This document shows positions 47,293 through 59,400 of a DNA stretch of 64,000 nucleotides, piece by piece; position 1 is the first letter of the stretch, and each line of letters starts with the position of its first letter. Below the pieces are notes generated by a model. That model worked only from the letters and a program-made list of their open reading frames with translations, made no database searches and was not told where the DNA came from. The DNA lies in contig CDRNVI010000156.1 of the NCBI GenBank assembly GCA_977017575.1, positions 317,503 to 381,502 on the forward strand. The letters are read 5' to 3'. The stretch is from Paramoeba atlantica. Lineage: Eukaryota > Protista > Discosea. A program made the translations under genes and the position numbers.

Positions 47293-48886
47293 ATGATTCA
47301 TTGGGGACCAATGGTCGCACTTTTCACCACAGGCTACATCTACCTTATTGCTGTTCTCGACTTGTTGGATGAACCTCTCACAGGTTCTCTCTCTCTCTAT
47401 CTCTCTTTGGTTTTTGAATCAGAAAAACTGATGCAAAACTCTGTAGGTTCAAGTTTTGTTGATTTCATCATTTTCTCTTTGATGGAATTTCGGGTTCTTT
47501 CTTGTTTCTTTCTCGCTGTTTTCAAACATCCAGGTTTTCTTTTTTCATTTCTCTTGGGCAAAAAATACAAGACTTGGATCTGAAAAATTCTCATCTCATT
47601 CCAGGAAATGTGGATTGTGGTTGGCCTGAGCGCTCGCCAAACCTTGCAAGTTCTCATCTCCGTGTTTGCCAGGTTCTTTTTTACCGTCCTCTTGTCTTCT
47701 TTTCTCAAAACTGATCGGAAAAGTGATAATCTTGAATAAAAATGAAAGGTTTGTCAAGTTTTACAACCTCCTCGAACTCATCATTGTCGAAGTTGTGGAA
47801 GATGTGTCAAAAAAAGAGATCATCATTGTCCTTGGTTTGTTGCTTTCTCTTTTATCTCTTCTCTTTTCCTCTTCCTCTCGTTTTTATCTCTCACCATCTT
47901 TTTGATCGTAGGATTAATAATTGTGTTGGGTTAGAAAATGAGGTTTTGAAAAGAGATTTTTCATTTTTGTTTTGTGTTTTTTTATTGATTTGAAATTTTT
48001 CTGTAGAGAGCATTTTTCTTCTTTGTGACCTCAGCAGCAATCGTTTGTTTCATTATGTTTTTTTGGCTTTTTTGGAGTATGTGGGTTGACGAATCTGTTG
48101 GCCTTGTCTGTTTTTTCTCTTGTATTGTCCCAGTGAAGAGAAAAGGAAATCCTCAGGTCAACCTTTCAATTCTATTAAAAATTATGTAACAAAAAATTGA
48201 GTTTGGAATGACAGAGATTTGCGATGTGTCGGTGTTGGAAGGTATTTCGGATGGTCCTTGCTTGGATTCTTTCTGGTATTACTTCCTTGGCAACTGGAAA
48301 CCTTGCTTTTGCATTTTACCAATCTATCAAAAAGAATACAACACTTATTGAAGAATGGATGCTCGATGTTAATAATTTCCTTTCTCTCTCTCTTTTTCAA
48401 AAAAAAGAATTCTTAAAACTCTTATTTCAGGACTACAAAAAAATGAAAAAGATTAAAACACCAATTCAATGTCCTTATGATCTTGGAGTGAAGACGAACT
48501 GGACTCAATTTGTTGGAACAAATCCATTTGTTTGGATTCTTCCAATCTTTTCTCACGAATTAGATGGTTTGACATGGCCTGTAAGAGAAGGGACAGCACA
48601 GTATTATATGGATGATATTCGGAAAGAATTAACTGAGGGATCTTTTCGAAACGTTTCTTTTTCTTTTTCTTTTTTTAATTTCTCATTTTTAAATTTCTTT
48701 TTTTTTTTTTTCAAGATGGGATGTGAGGAAAAAAAACATGAGTCCTCTTGCAATGAACAAGAGGTCAATAAAAAGGGACAAGAGAAAGAGAAAGAGAAAG
48801 AAGGTCAAGCACGAGTTTTGGATGATGAACATGCTGGTGGACCTCCTCTCCCTTCAGTTGAAAAGGAAAGAAAAAAACATTTCTAA
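47293..48886 (+). CDS. DHHC palmitoyl acyltransferase
   Basis: [28 protein letters not shown]|INNCVGLEN; TTLIE motif; PYDLG...NW. Confidence 0.93.
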
Positions 48887-48978
48887 CAACTTTTGGATAA
48901 TGAGCAAAGAACAAAAAAAAAGGTTCTTCTCTCCCAAAACAACAAACAAAATTGCCTCATTCAAAAGAGTCAAATCTC

Positions 48979-51790
48979 TCATTTGGAAAACTGTTCCCTT
49001 TCCACACTCAATATTTTTTCGTACATATCCACGCCTCCAATCACAAAATCTTCAATATTATCGGTGGCAAGAACCATTCGATTGTGGCCATTTTCTTCAT
49101 TTAGTTGATCTCCCTCCTCTCTTAAATAGAGGAGGGAGGAAGCACTTACAATCACTCGCCCTTTTCGGTTTTCAATCACCCGATTAAGACAAACACAGAT
49201 TCCAAATCCAATTACTGAAATTGCAAAAGTGTAAGCCAAAAGGAATGTCCAAAAAAATTCCTTTTCTTCCCCAAAGATCAAGTCACTCAGCTGGGTGAGG
49301 AGAGAGAACAAACTCTCACCAGTTAACCAACCAAAGGCAATCAAGATAACTTCACCATGCGTTCTACCAAATCGAGTGTGAAAATAATTTGCTCGACTGA
49401 CATAGTCAAACATTGCAGAGGTTAACCCAAGAAATACAAGAGAGAAAAGAAATTCTAAGCTGTGAAAAAAGAAAGATTAAAATGGTTCTTGAGTTTTCTT
49501 GTCGCTCCTTTCAAATCTTGAAAAAAAAGAAGAAAAAACCAGGCGAAAAAAAAATTGTTTGCAGGATTTTTTCCATTTTCCAATGGATCCCAAAGGGCAC
49601 TCCAGCACATCCAACCCCATGATCCAAGTACATAACCACAAGCCACCTCCAAGAGTTTGGTTTGTAGTGTGTATCGATATCCAATTTCAGCTTTCTGGTT
49701 TTATTGGATGGACGTGAGTCTCATGGAGAGAAAGACTAAAAGAAAGAAAAAAACAAACAGAGAGTCGGTTAAGATCTTTTCGACAGTTTCGTTTGATAAT
49801 TCCCCTCCCAATTGCAATGATAATTGTGATGAATACCATCAAAATGAGCAAAAATAAATACATGAGAATCACTGTGATCCAGTAAGTCGTAATCTTCTCG
49901 AACTATGGGGAAAAAGATTAAAAATGAAAGGGAAAAAATTCAATGGAAAAGAGAAGACCGTCATTCGAAAAGAAAAAGTCCAAAATTTTGCAGTTGCCAT
50001 CGAAATGGCCATGATTCCTAAAAGAACCATCCGCCGCCAGAGACCACGTAACTGTTACACAAATGATCAGCAAAGAAAAGAGAGGTTTTTAATTTTTTTT
50101 TCAAAGAAATTGAGTCTTCCAACCCTTTTTACAAGAAGATCAAGAAGCTTTGATATGATCCCAATTATGATGGTCAGAATACTTGCCACGAAATAGAACA
50201 CAGCAATTCGGTGAAAATTATCTTTTTCTGCGTTGAGAGTTGTAAAAAAAAAGATCTCTTGAGAAGATAAAGTAAGAGAACAAACCCATAAGGGCAAATA
50301 TGAAAGAGACAATCACATCAGCATAAGCCCAACCAATCATCATTCCAATCACCCCCTATTATTATTTTTCAAAAGAATTAAATATCATGTTTAAGAAAGA
50401 ATTTTTCCAAAACAAATATTACCTTCGATCCACTAATTGACGTCAGACCAAAAACAGCTCTGTTATTTTATTAGAATTCGAAGAAAGAAGTAAGAAATGA
50501 GAAAACAAACCGAGCAAATGAGACTTTATTTTCAAATCCACTGACTTGGTCTGGATTCGATTGGACAATGGAATCTTTCATTCTGACATGAACCATGTGA
50601 CAGAAGACCAATAGAATAATCGAAATGAGAGTTAAAATAACTGACCAAAATTCCCAAATTAATTACTTCTCAGATCAAGCACACTTATAAAAGAGAGAGA
50701 AAGCAAACTTGCATAAGTAAGATAAATAGCAAAGAGGACCCAAGGGTCATGTTCCTCAGTATCATCAACAGTTCCCAATTCCAAAAGAGTTCGACTCCAG
50801 GATTCAGCAATAACAAGAGGAATAGCAGCAGCAAGAAGTTTTAAAAGATGAAGAATGAATGAATCTTGAATATATTGTTTGTGTTCATACATTTCATCGC
50901 ATGAGAGGGGATTTCTTTCTGGAGTGGGTGGCAGATAACGCGAAGTTTGTTTTGGAGAAGGAGGTCTGGGAGAAGAAGAAGAAGACAAATCTTCCATGTC
51001 TTGAAAATTACCAGGATTTTTTACTTCTCCAACAACTTCATGGACCAAATCACCAACATCTTGGATCAAATCTGAGACATTTGTGGCAACTTGCATTGCT
51101 TTATCTTCCCAGAAAAAATGGTTATTCATCATAGAAGAATTATCATCGAAGAAAGAACCAACCTCGAACATATTGATCTGATTCTGAATTTTGAGGGAAA
51201 AGATTTGGGATAGAAGGAGGGTGGTCGGAAAAGGGATTGCCATTTGCCTCTTTTTCCAATTCTTCTTGATCAATTTTATCCATATCTAAGTTCAAATCTT
51301 CCATCTAAAAATCATGATTCATTCTCTCGAGAAGGCTTCAAACTTCAAAGACAAAAAGACAAAAAGCCAAAGAATTGATCCTCTAACCTGTTTTTGAAAC
51401 TCTCTTTTTGCTTGGACAGCAGATTCTTTTGCTGCATTTGCAGTTCCCCTTCATTGGTAAACAGGATCAACCAAAACTTTTTGAAAGAAAAGAGAAAAAA
51501 GAGAGAAAAAAAGAACCTGGCTCCTCTCATGAGTTGGTCCAAAGCGACCTCAGCCAATTCCGATTGGTAAGCTGCAAGAATGAAAGTAAGATCTTCATTC
51601 CATTGATCAAAGAAGAACCCAAAAAAAGAGAGAGAAAGAGAGGACTTCCGGTTCGATCAACAACAACAAAATCATCATCATCCTCAGAACACTCTCGATG
51701 TTGTGGGGAAGTTTTTCCTCTTTCAAATTCTTCATCCAAATCGACAGACTCAAATTGGGGAACAGATGTCGAATTTGGATGAGTCTCCAT
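48979..51790 (-). CDS. Multi-pass membrane protein of unknown family
   Basis: Several hydrophobic exons (LLAAAIPLVIAESWSRTLL; IAVFYFVASILTIIIG; VILIAFGWLTGESLF) separated by GT-AG introns; acidic N-terminal exons. Confidence 0.5.
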
Positions 51791-51935
51791 CAAGGGAGAG
51801 AGATGAAAGGAGGAAAGAAAGCGAATCAAAGGAAGAGGAAAGAGAGAAAGACCTGAGAGAAGAGGAATTTTCAGCGAATTTTCGGGTTTTTGTGTGGTTT
51901 TCACTTTTTGTCTGTTACGACAATCATTTTGGGAG

Positions 51936-52785
51936 ATGGGGATTCTTGCCTCTAAGAAAAAAACAAACCCAGAACCAACAGTGGAGGATTGGCCAGATGG
52001 AAAATGTAAAATTGTCATGGTTGGGGATGGTGCTGTTGGTTCTTTGTTTCTTTTTTTGAAATTTTGAATGATTTTCAAAATTAATCTTTTGAGCAAAGGA
52101 AAAACTTGTCTTGGAATTCGTTGTGTCACCGGAGAGTTTCCTGTTATTTATATTCCCACTGTTTGTGGTTGGTATCTTCTTTTGAATCTTTCGAATCAAT
52201 TGGCTGAGATAAATTATCAAACAGATAATTACCAAGTTGACGATAGAGATTATGGACCGTTTTCAGTTTGGGATACCGCTGGGCATGAAGATTATCCAAG
52301 GTTCAGTGAAGATTACATCTTTTATTTTATTTTCTTCCTTTGATTGTTCTAACAGCAGACTGCGCCTATTGTCGTATCTTCAGGCGAACTGTTTTTTGCT
52401 TTGTTTTTCTGTTGTTTCTCCCACATCACTCGATAACATCATCGCCAAGTGGGTGCCTGAGGTGAGAAATTTTCTCATTTCTTGGGTTCACTTGTTTTGA
52501 ATTCGTTAAGAAACCTCTCAGGTTCAACATCATCGCCCAGAGGGGAGACTTCTTCTGGTTGGAACTAAATCTGACCTCCGAGAGGATCAGGAAACTCTTG
52601 AGTATTTAAGAAAACAAGGAAACACCCCTATTTCAAACAAAGACGCCCAAGCTTTCGCTGACAAACATAATCTCCCTTTCTTGGAATGTTCTTCTTTGAC
52701 TGGTGAAGGGGTGGAACAAATTTTTCGTGCTGCAACAGATGCCTCACCAGTTATTCGATTGGGACCAAAACGTGCACTCTCTTGA
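51936..52785 (+). CDS. Rac/Rho-family GTPase, copy A (N-terminal MG, no CAAX)
   Basis: [11 protein letters not shown]|KTCL, YIPTVC|[14 protein letters not shown]|[11 protein letters not shown] with Rho insert, ECSSLTG; ends GPKRALS*. Confidence 0.9.
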
Positions 52786-53086
52786 ATTTGTCTTTTGGTT
52801 CACACACAAACCCTCTCTTTCGTCTTTTATTTTGGCCAAAATTTCCAAGACTCAAGAACAAAAAAACTCAACGAAAATTGGAATGAAAGAAATCTTTTCT
52901 GGCTTTCTGATCCGGTTTGCTCGTTTTGCAAAAATTATTTTTTTCCCGAAAATTTCCCAAATTGCTTGAGACGAAAAAAAAAGAACACAGAGATAGTCTA
53001 TTTTCAATGTTTTTTATTTTTCTTTTTTTTTTTAAACCTTATCAAATAATAATCGATTTTTTTAAAATCCAATCTTGTTTTTATCC

Positions 53087-54307
53087 CTATTGAGCCAAAC
53101 TTCCAATCTCTTCGACTTTGACTTGTTGAGATTCCTGTGCATTTAAAATTTTGCCATCGAGATCTGGGTAATCAACATAACCTTCCCTTCCCTGGGTAAA
53201 GAAAGTACCGGGGTGATAATCATTCAGAGGAGCTTCTTGTCGAATTCTTTGCACCAAGTCAGGGTTCGAGATATACAATCTCCCAAAGGCAATCGCATCA
53301 TAAATTCCATCTTGAATCGCCTTTTCTGCAGTCTCTGGCTGAAACGAACTAGAACCAATAATAACACCAGAGTAAACCTCTTTTGCCCATGTATGACGGA
53401 GTGGAAGAGAATAAGACGCATCCTCTTTGGCTTGTTTGGGAACACCGATCCATCGAGGCTCAGAAAGAAGGAGATATGCCAAGTTGAATTGATCGAGCCA
53501 AGTAACCACATCCCGATACATTTTTTCTGGATTTGAATCGCGACATCCATAATAGACGATAGAGTCGGTGTAAGTTGGTGAAATTCGAATGCCAACCCGC
53601 TTGCTACTTCCCATCACCTCAATCACTGTTTTCAAAATCATTCCCAACAAACGAGTTCGATTTTCAAGGGATTGTGTTCCAAACTCATCATCTCGCTGGT
53701 TGACACTATCACAAAGAAATTGATCCAATAAATAACCGTGTGCTGAGTGAATTTCCACGAAATCAAAATTCGCCCGTTTTGCTCTTTCCGCCGCTTCTTT
53801 GTAATCATTCACCACCCTTTCCATTTCGTCAATCCTCAACGCTCGAGGAGGATTCTCTTCATATTGAACTGTTTTGTATTCCATATTGCGACAATGTCCC
53901 CCTGCAGCAACAGACGAAGAACTTACTGGTCCTAAAGGTCGGTCCAAACTCTGAAGAAAGGGATGTTTTGACCAGGGAAAGGTACACATTCTTCCAGTAT
54001 GCCAGAGTTGCATGCTTATTTTGCCACCTTTTTCGTGCACACTTGAAACAATCTCTTCCCATTTCGCCTCCTGTTTGTCTGTGAAGATCCCCGGAGAAGT
54101 CTGATAAGGAGTTTCAGGGGAGATAGGAACCGCTTCGGTGATCAATAAACCTCCTTTGGTTGCTCGTTGGGTGTAGTACTCCTTCACCAAATCAGTAGGA
54201 GTAAAATCCTCGAAAGTTCCTCGCACGCGAGTTAAAGGAGCCATGGCAACCCGATGGGAGAGCCCTAAACTCTCCAACGGACTCAAAAGCTTTTCGTAAC
54301 GACTCAT
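53087..54307 (-). CDS. Old yellow enzyme / NADH:flavin oxidoreductase, intronless
   Basis: RVAMAPLTRVR, YYTQRA..GGLLITEA, QLWHTGR, EIHSAHGYLLDQFL, IAFGRLYISNPDL. Confidence 0.95.
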   Translation of the reverse strand: MSRYEKLLSPLESLGLSHRVAMAPLTRVRGTFEDFTPTDLVKEYYTQRATKGGLLITEAVPISPETPYQTSPGIFTDKQEAKWEEIVSSVHEKGGKISMQLWHTGRMCTFPWSKHPFLQSLDRPLGPVSSSSVAAGGHCRNMEYKTVQYEENPPRALRIDEMERVVNDYKEAAERAKRANFDFVEIHSAHGYLLDQFLCDSVNQRDDEFGTQSLENRTRLLGMILKTVIEVMGSSKRVGIRISPTYTDSIVYYGCRDSNPEKMYRDVVTWLDQFNLAYLLLSEPRWIGVPKQAKEDASYSLPLRHTWAKEVYSGVIIGSSSFQPETAEKAIQDGIYDAIAFGRLYISNPDLVQRIRQEAPLNDYHPGTFFTQGREGYVDYPDLDGKILNAQESQQVKVEEIGSLAQ

Positions 54308-55018
54308 GGTTTTTAAACTAACACTTTTTGTATTCAAAAGAAAAAAGGAATTCAGCAAAGTGACCTCTACAACCTTCAAAACAAGAAACGCGAAGTTTCT
54401 TTCAAAATTTCAGTGACAACACCACAAAAACGAAAAGGCAAGGGCGAAATCCAGGGAAATTCCGAGAAAAGGATTTCATGGCAAACATCGGAACTTTTCC
54501 AGCCGCGTTGAAAAAGAAAAGAAAGAGAAAAAAAGAGACCCAAAAAAAAAGCCAAAAATTCTAATTTTTTTTGAAACAAAAATATACTAAAAAAGGATAA
54601 AGAAAGTTTGTTTCTTTTTTATCGCACTTTTTCTTTTTTACGCCCTTTTTTTTTGGGTTGTGGCTTGGGTTTCCCAAGATGGAAGTGGCTCTGATCTTTT
54701 GAATGATCACTCTGATGAGTTCTTCTTTTCATTTCTTGTTCTTCTCTCCGATCGAACTCAATTCCTTTTTTTTTTTCCATCAGTCTGAGGCTCTTGGTTT
54801 TGCTCGCGCTGGTTTTTTCTCTTTCTTTCCCTTCTTCTCTTTCCCTTTGTTCCTTTGTTGCTTTATCCAATTCTTAAATCTGATTTTTAGGTTTCTCCCC
54901 TGACCAACAAACATCAACAAAAAGAAAGGAAAAACAATGGCGTCCACTAATAAAAATGGACACCATAATGCAATTTTGTGTTTCCCCTTTTTGTCTGTTA
55001 CGACAATCATTTTGGGAG

Positions 55019-55280
55019 ATGGGGATTCTTGCCTCGAAGAAAAAGACAAACCCAGAACCAACAGTGGAGGATTGGCCAGATGGAAAATGTAAAATTGTCA
55101 TGGTTGGGGATGGTGCTGTTGGTTCTTTGTTTCTTTTTTTGAAATTTTGAATGATTTTCAAAATTAATCTTTTGAGCAAAGGAAAAACTTGTCTTGGAAT
55201 TCGTTGTCTCACTGGAGAGTTCCCTGTTCTTTACATTCCCACTGTTTGTGGTTGGTATCTTCTTTTTGAGATCCTTTCGA
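55019..55280 (+). pseudogene. Truncated Rac copy B (exons 1-2 only)
   Basis: Copy of the Rac 5' exons; diverges in intron 2. Confidence 0.85.
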
Positions 55281-55438
55281 ATCAATGGCACTTTTCTTTT
55301 TTACGCAAAACGAAATGAGTGGCAGAGGTCAACATTTTCCCATTTTTCAATGAATTTCCTTCAAATTCAAAAAAGCACCTGCTACAGGCCCAGGCTAGGT
55401 TTTCTCCTTTTTGTCTGTTGCGACAATCATTTTGGGAG

Positions 55439-56282
55439 ATGGGGATTCTTGCCTCGAAGAAAAAAACAAACCCAGAACCAACAGTGGAGGATTGGGCAGA
55501 TGGAAAATGTAAAATTGTCATGGTTGGGGATGGTGCTGTTGGTTGTTTGTTTCTCTTTTTGAAATTTGAATGATTTTCAAAATTAATCTTTTGAACAAAG
55601 GAAAAACTTGTCTTGGAATTCGTTGTCTCACTGGAGAGTTTCCTGTTCTTTATATTCCCACTGTTTGTGGTTGGTACCTTCTTTTTTGAGAATCTTTCGA
55701 ATCAATTGGCTGAGATATTATTTCAAACAGATAATTACCAAGTTGATGATCGAGATTATGGACCGTTTTCAGTTTGGGATACCGCTTCGAATGAAGAGTA
55801 TTTTCAGTGAAGATTAAATTCTCTTTAATTTTCTTTTCTTCCTTTGATTGTTCTCACAGATTACGCGGATTGTCTTATATTCAGGCGAACTGTTTTTTGC
55901 TTTGTTTTTCTGTTGTTTCTCCCACATCACTCGATAACATCAAAGCCAGGTGGCTGCCTGAGGTGAGAAATTTTCACATTTCTTGTTTCACTTGAATTCG
56001 TTAAAAAAAACCTCTCAGGTTCAACATCATCGCCCAGAGGGGAGACTTCTTCTGGTTGGAACTAAATCTGATCTCCGAGAGGATCAGGACACCCTTGAGT
56101 ATTTGAGAAAGCAAGGAAACACCCCTATTTCAAACAAAGACGCCCAAGTTTTTGCTGACACACTTAATCTCCCTTTCTTGGAATGGTCTTCTTTGACTGG
56201 TGAAGGGGTGGAACAAATTTTTCGTGCTGCAACAGATGCCTCACCAATCATTCGATTGGGACCAAAACGTGCACTCTCTTGA
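55439..56282 (+). CDS. Rac/Rho-family GTPase, copy C (switch [12 protein letters not shown])
   Basis: Full exon set; shifted donor in exon 3 preserves the frame. Confidence 0.8.
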
Positions 56283-56406
56283 ATTTGTCTTTTGGTTCAC
56301 ATACAAACCCTCTCTTTCGTCTTTTATTTTGGCCAAAATTTCCAAGACTCAAGAACAAAAAAACTCAACGAAAATTGGAATGAAAGAAATCTTTTCTGGC
56401 TTTCTG

Positions 56407-59400
56407 ATGCAAGAAAAACAATGGCGTCCACTAATAATAATGGACACCATAATACTTTTTTGTTCTTTGCGTTTTCAGAAAAATCGCCTCTTCGTCAAAC
56501 TGCAGAGAGAAGAAGAGAAAGATCAAGATAGATTCCGTTCAATGGAATCTCTCCGATTTGATTGGAGCAGATTTCTTGACAGTCAATTGACAAAGAGTTT
56601 CAAACCAAATGAGGTTTGATTTTTGTCGATACAATACTCTACTCCCAGAGGGTTCTTACGCTTTCTTTCTTCCAGCTGGTTGTTGAGGCGAATCAAGCCA
56701 CTGACCAAATCTTTTTATTACTTGCTGGGAAAGTAACTTTGGAAGTGCCTCAAGAGATTGGTCCCCCAACTTTTCTTTGTCAAATTTGCTTCGATGATGA
56801 GGTTTTTTTCCTTCTTTTTCTTTTCCTTCTCAAAACGAAGAAGAACGAGGACAAAAAGTGTCTTACTGAATGTTTTCAGTGGCCAATATTCTGTGAAAGA
56901 ACAGCTTTGAGTGCAACAGGGATTTCAAAAATACCATTTCAAGTGATTGCTCAACAATGTGGTTGTCGAGTTCAGGGAATCCCAACAAAGAAACTCTATT
57001 CATCTCTCTTTTCCAACCTCTTCTCACTTTCCTCAGTCAAATCAGCTGAAAAACAAGAAACTGTCCCTCTAGGTGTTGAGCCACCTCAAGAGCCGATGGT
57101 TTCATTTGAAGAGAAAGATTTTTCTCTTGCTGTTTTATTCTATGAGACAATGTGTCGCCACTATGCTTCAAAATTGAACTCCCTTCATTCTCAATTTGAC
57201 GAAAAAGAAGAAAAGAAGGGTGAAAATCGAATTGATTGTCTGAGGATCCATGGTGAGCCTGTTGTGTATCATTGGGACTATTTTTGTCTTGATGACCAAT
57301 CTGAGGAACCCACTTTACATTTACTTTGCCTCAGGTAATATGAATCCATGATTTTTCTGTCTTTTTGGTTAATGTGTTTTAAATTTTTCAGCAAAACATT
57401 TGTGTTCTTTTCAGAGCAAGAAAAGAAAAATGGAATCCTTCCCCTTTCTCAAATTGAAGGTTGCGAGATTTCTTCAGCTCATCTTGCCCCTGTTGTCATT
57501 GTATTCAAAGTTCTCTTTTAATTTTTTCCTCTTCTCTATCATCACTCAGCCCTTCTCTCCAGAATCGGAGTATCAAGGTGAAATTAAAAGAGAACGATGC
57601 CAAAACTTTTGTTGCTGTGATTAAACAAATTAAGAAAAGAGAGGAAAGTAAGCAACACGACTTCGAAAGAGATCTCAGTTCCCGGGAGGGGAAAGTACCT
57701 TGTGGGTTAACCCAGTTCGATTTGGAAATGCTCAAAGAAAATGGAGATTTTCAACATTATTCGTCTGGGACTGTGTTATCAACAGAGGTTTGCTTCGATG
57801 ATTTTTTTTGTCATTCTATGAAGTAACGTATGTATTTTAGGATCAGTTTCTTCATTTTATCTGGGAAGGAACTTGTCAAGCGACCATTCTTTTAAAAGGG
57901 AAAAGAAGAGCAGCAACAATTCCACCAAACTCTTTTCTTGGTAATTTTCTCTGAAGGGTGAAAGAGTAGACGAGCTATTATTTATTTATTTCATTTATTG
58001 AAGGGGTTCTTCCTTATTTGATGGGGGTTTCCCCAAATTCTGCCATTACAACACAAGGAGAAGTCTCTCAAGTCTTAAAAATACCTTATGACTTCTTAAT
58101 ATCACTTTGGTTTCTTTCACTCTTCTCTTTCCCTTTTTGTTTTTACTAATATTAGGAGGTCAGCCATCAAGATGAACTCTTTCTAATTCAGTTATACCAA
58201 ACCTTTCTCCTTCAAATTTGGGATCGTCTTGAAAGTGCAGACTTTGGTCTTTATGAGGTTTTTCGTTCTTCCACCTCAACACTTCAAAATTTTATTTAAC
58301 ATCGTTTGTAGGAAGAAGATTTGACAATTTTTGAAGAAAGAGAATTTTCACCACAAATTATTTCTCCCTCTTTAATCCTTCTGGAAGACCCCATCGAACT
58401 ACATCTCGATCATCCCTTTGATTATCACGAGGAAGGGAATCAAGTGATCGATTTGGCAACTGTCATTTCATCTCCTCCACCTTTTTTCAGAATTCCTTCT
58501 TCTCCCAAAAAGGCAGTTTCTTCTTTTGTCTCTCCCCCAATTTCTTCTTCTTCAACATCGAAACGCAAGCTGTACGGGTTCGTTGATGTTGTTATCTTGA
58601 GCGCCTCCACAAAATCGTCCATGGAGATGTGCGTTGTAGTTGGACAACCCAACGGAAATTATTATTCTTCACAAGTGTCACACCGGGCCTGTAGTTGGGT
58701 ATGGGAAGAGCCTGCAACATTTATTGTTACCGATATAGAGTATCCCTTCCATATCCAAGTTCTTCTTTTTTCAACTTTCATTTCAAAATTCGCTTAAAAA
58801 TAATATTATCTTTTGGAAATGACAGCTCTTGTCGATGAATATTATCGGAAATTTGCGAGTTATCGGTACAGCTTCTCTCCCCTGGTTCATGTTACAAGAT
58901 GGGGAAGTTCATGAGATCCAATTACCAATTCGCAAACCCTCCGGTGCTATATCCAAGGGGGCAATTGTTTCGATTCGAATTCAGTTCATTTCTTCTCCAA
59001 ACGGAGGTTTTTTGATTTTATTTTTTACATTTAATTAAAAATTCTTTTTGTTTGGAAAGAGAGAAAAAAATATAATAATTGGTTTTCCTTTTGTTGTGGT
59101 TAAATCAGGGATTATGAAATCTCTTGGTTTTCCTGTTGTTCAAATTCCACAGAGACTCAGTACTGGGGATATTATTCTTTTTGATATAAACAGAATGGTT
59201 TTTCTTTCATTCTTTCTCAAAATAACTCATTTGTTGATTGGGTTTTTCTCTTAGATTTCAAAAGTCACAAGCGCTTTGACGTCAAGTCGATGGGATCATG
59301 TTGCCGTTGTTATCAATGAAGGAAAAGAAGTTTATTTGCTGGGTTTTCTATCTTTTTTCTTAATCTTTCTCTTGTTTCTCAACTTAATTTTTTCAAAAAC

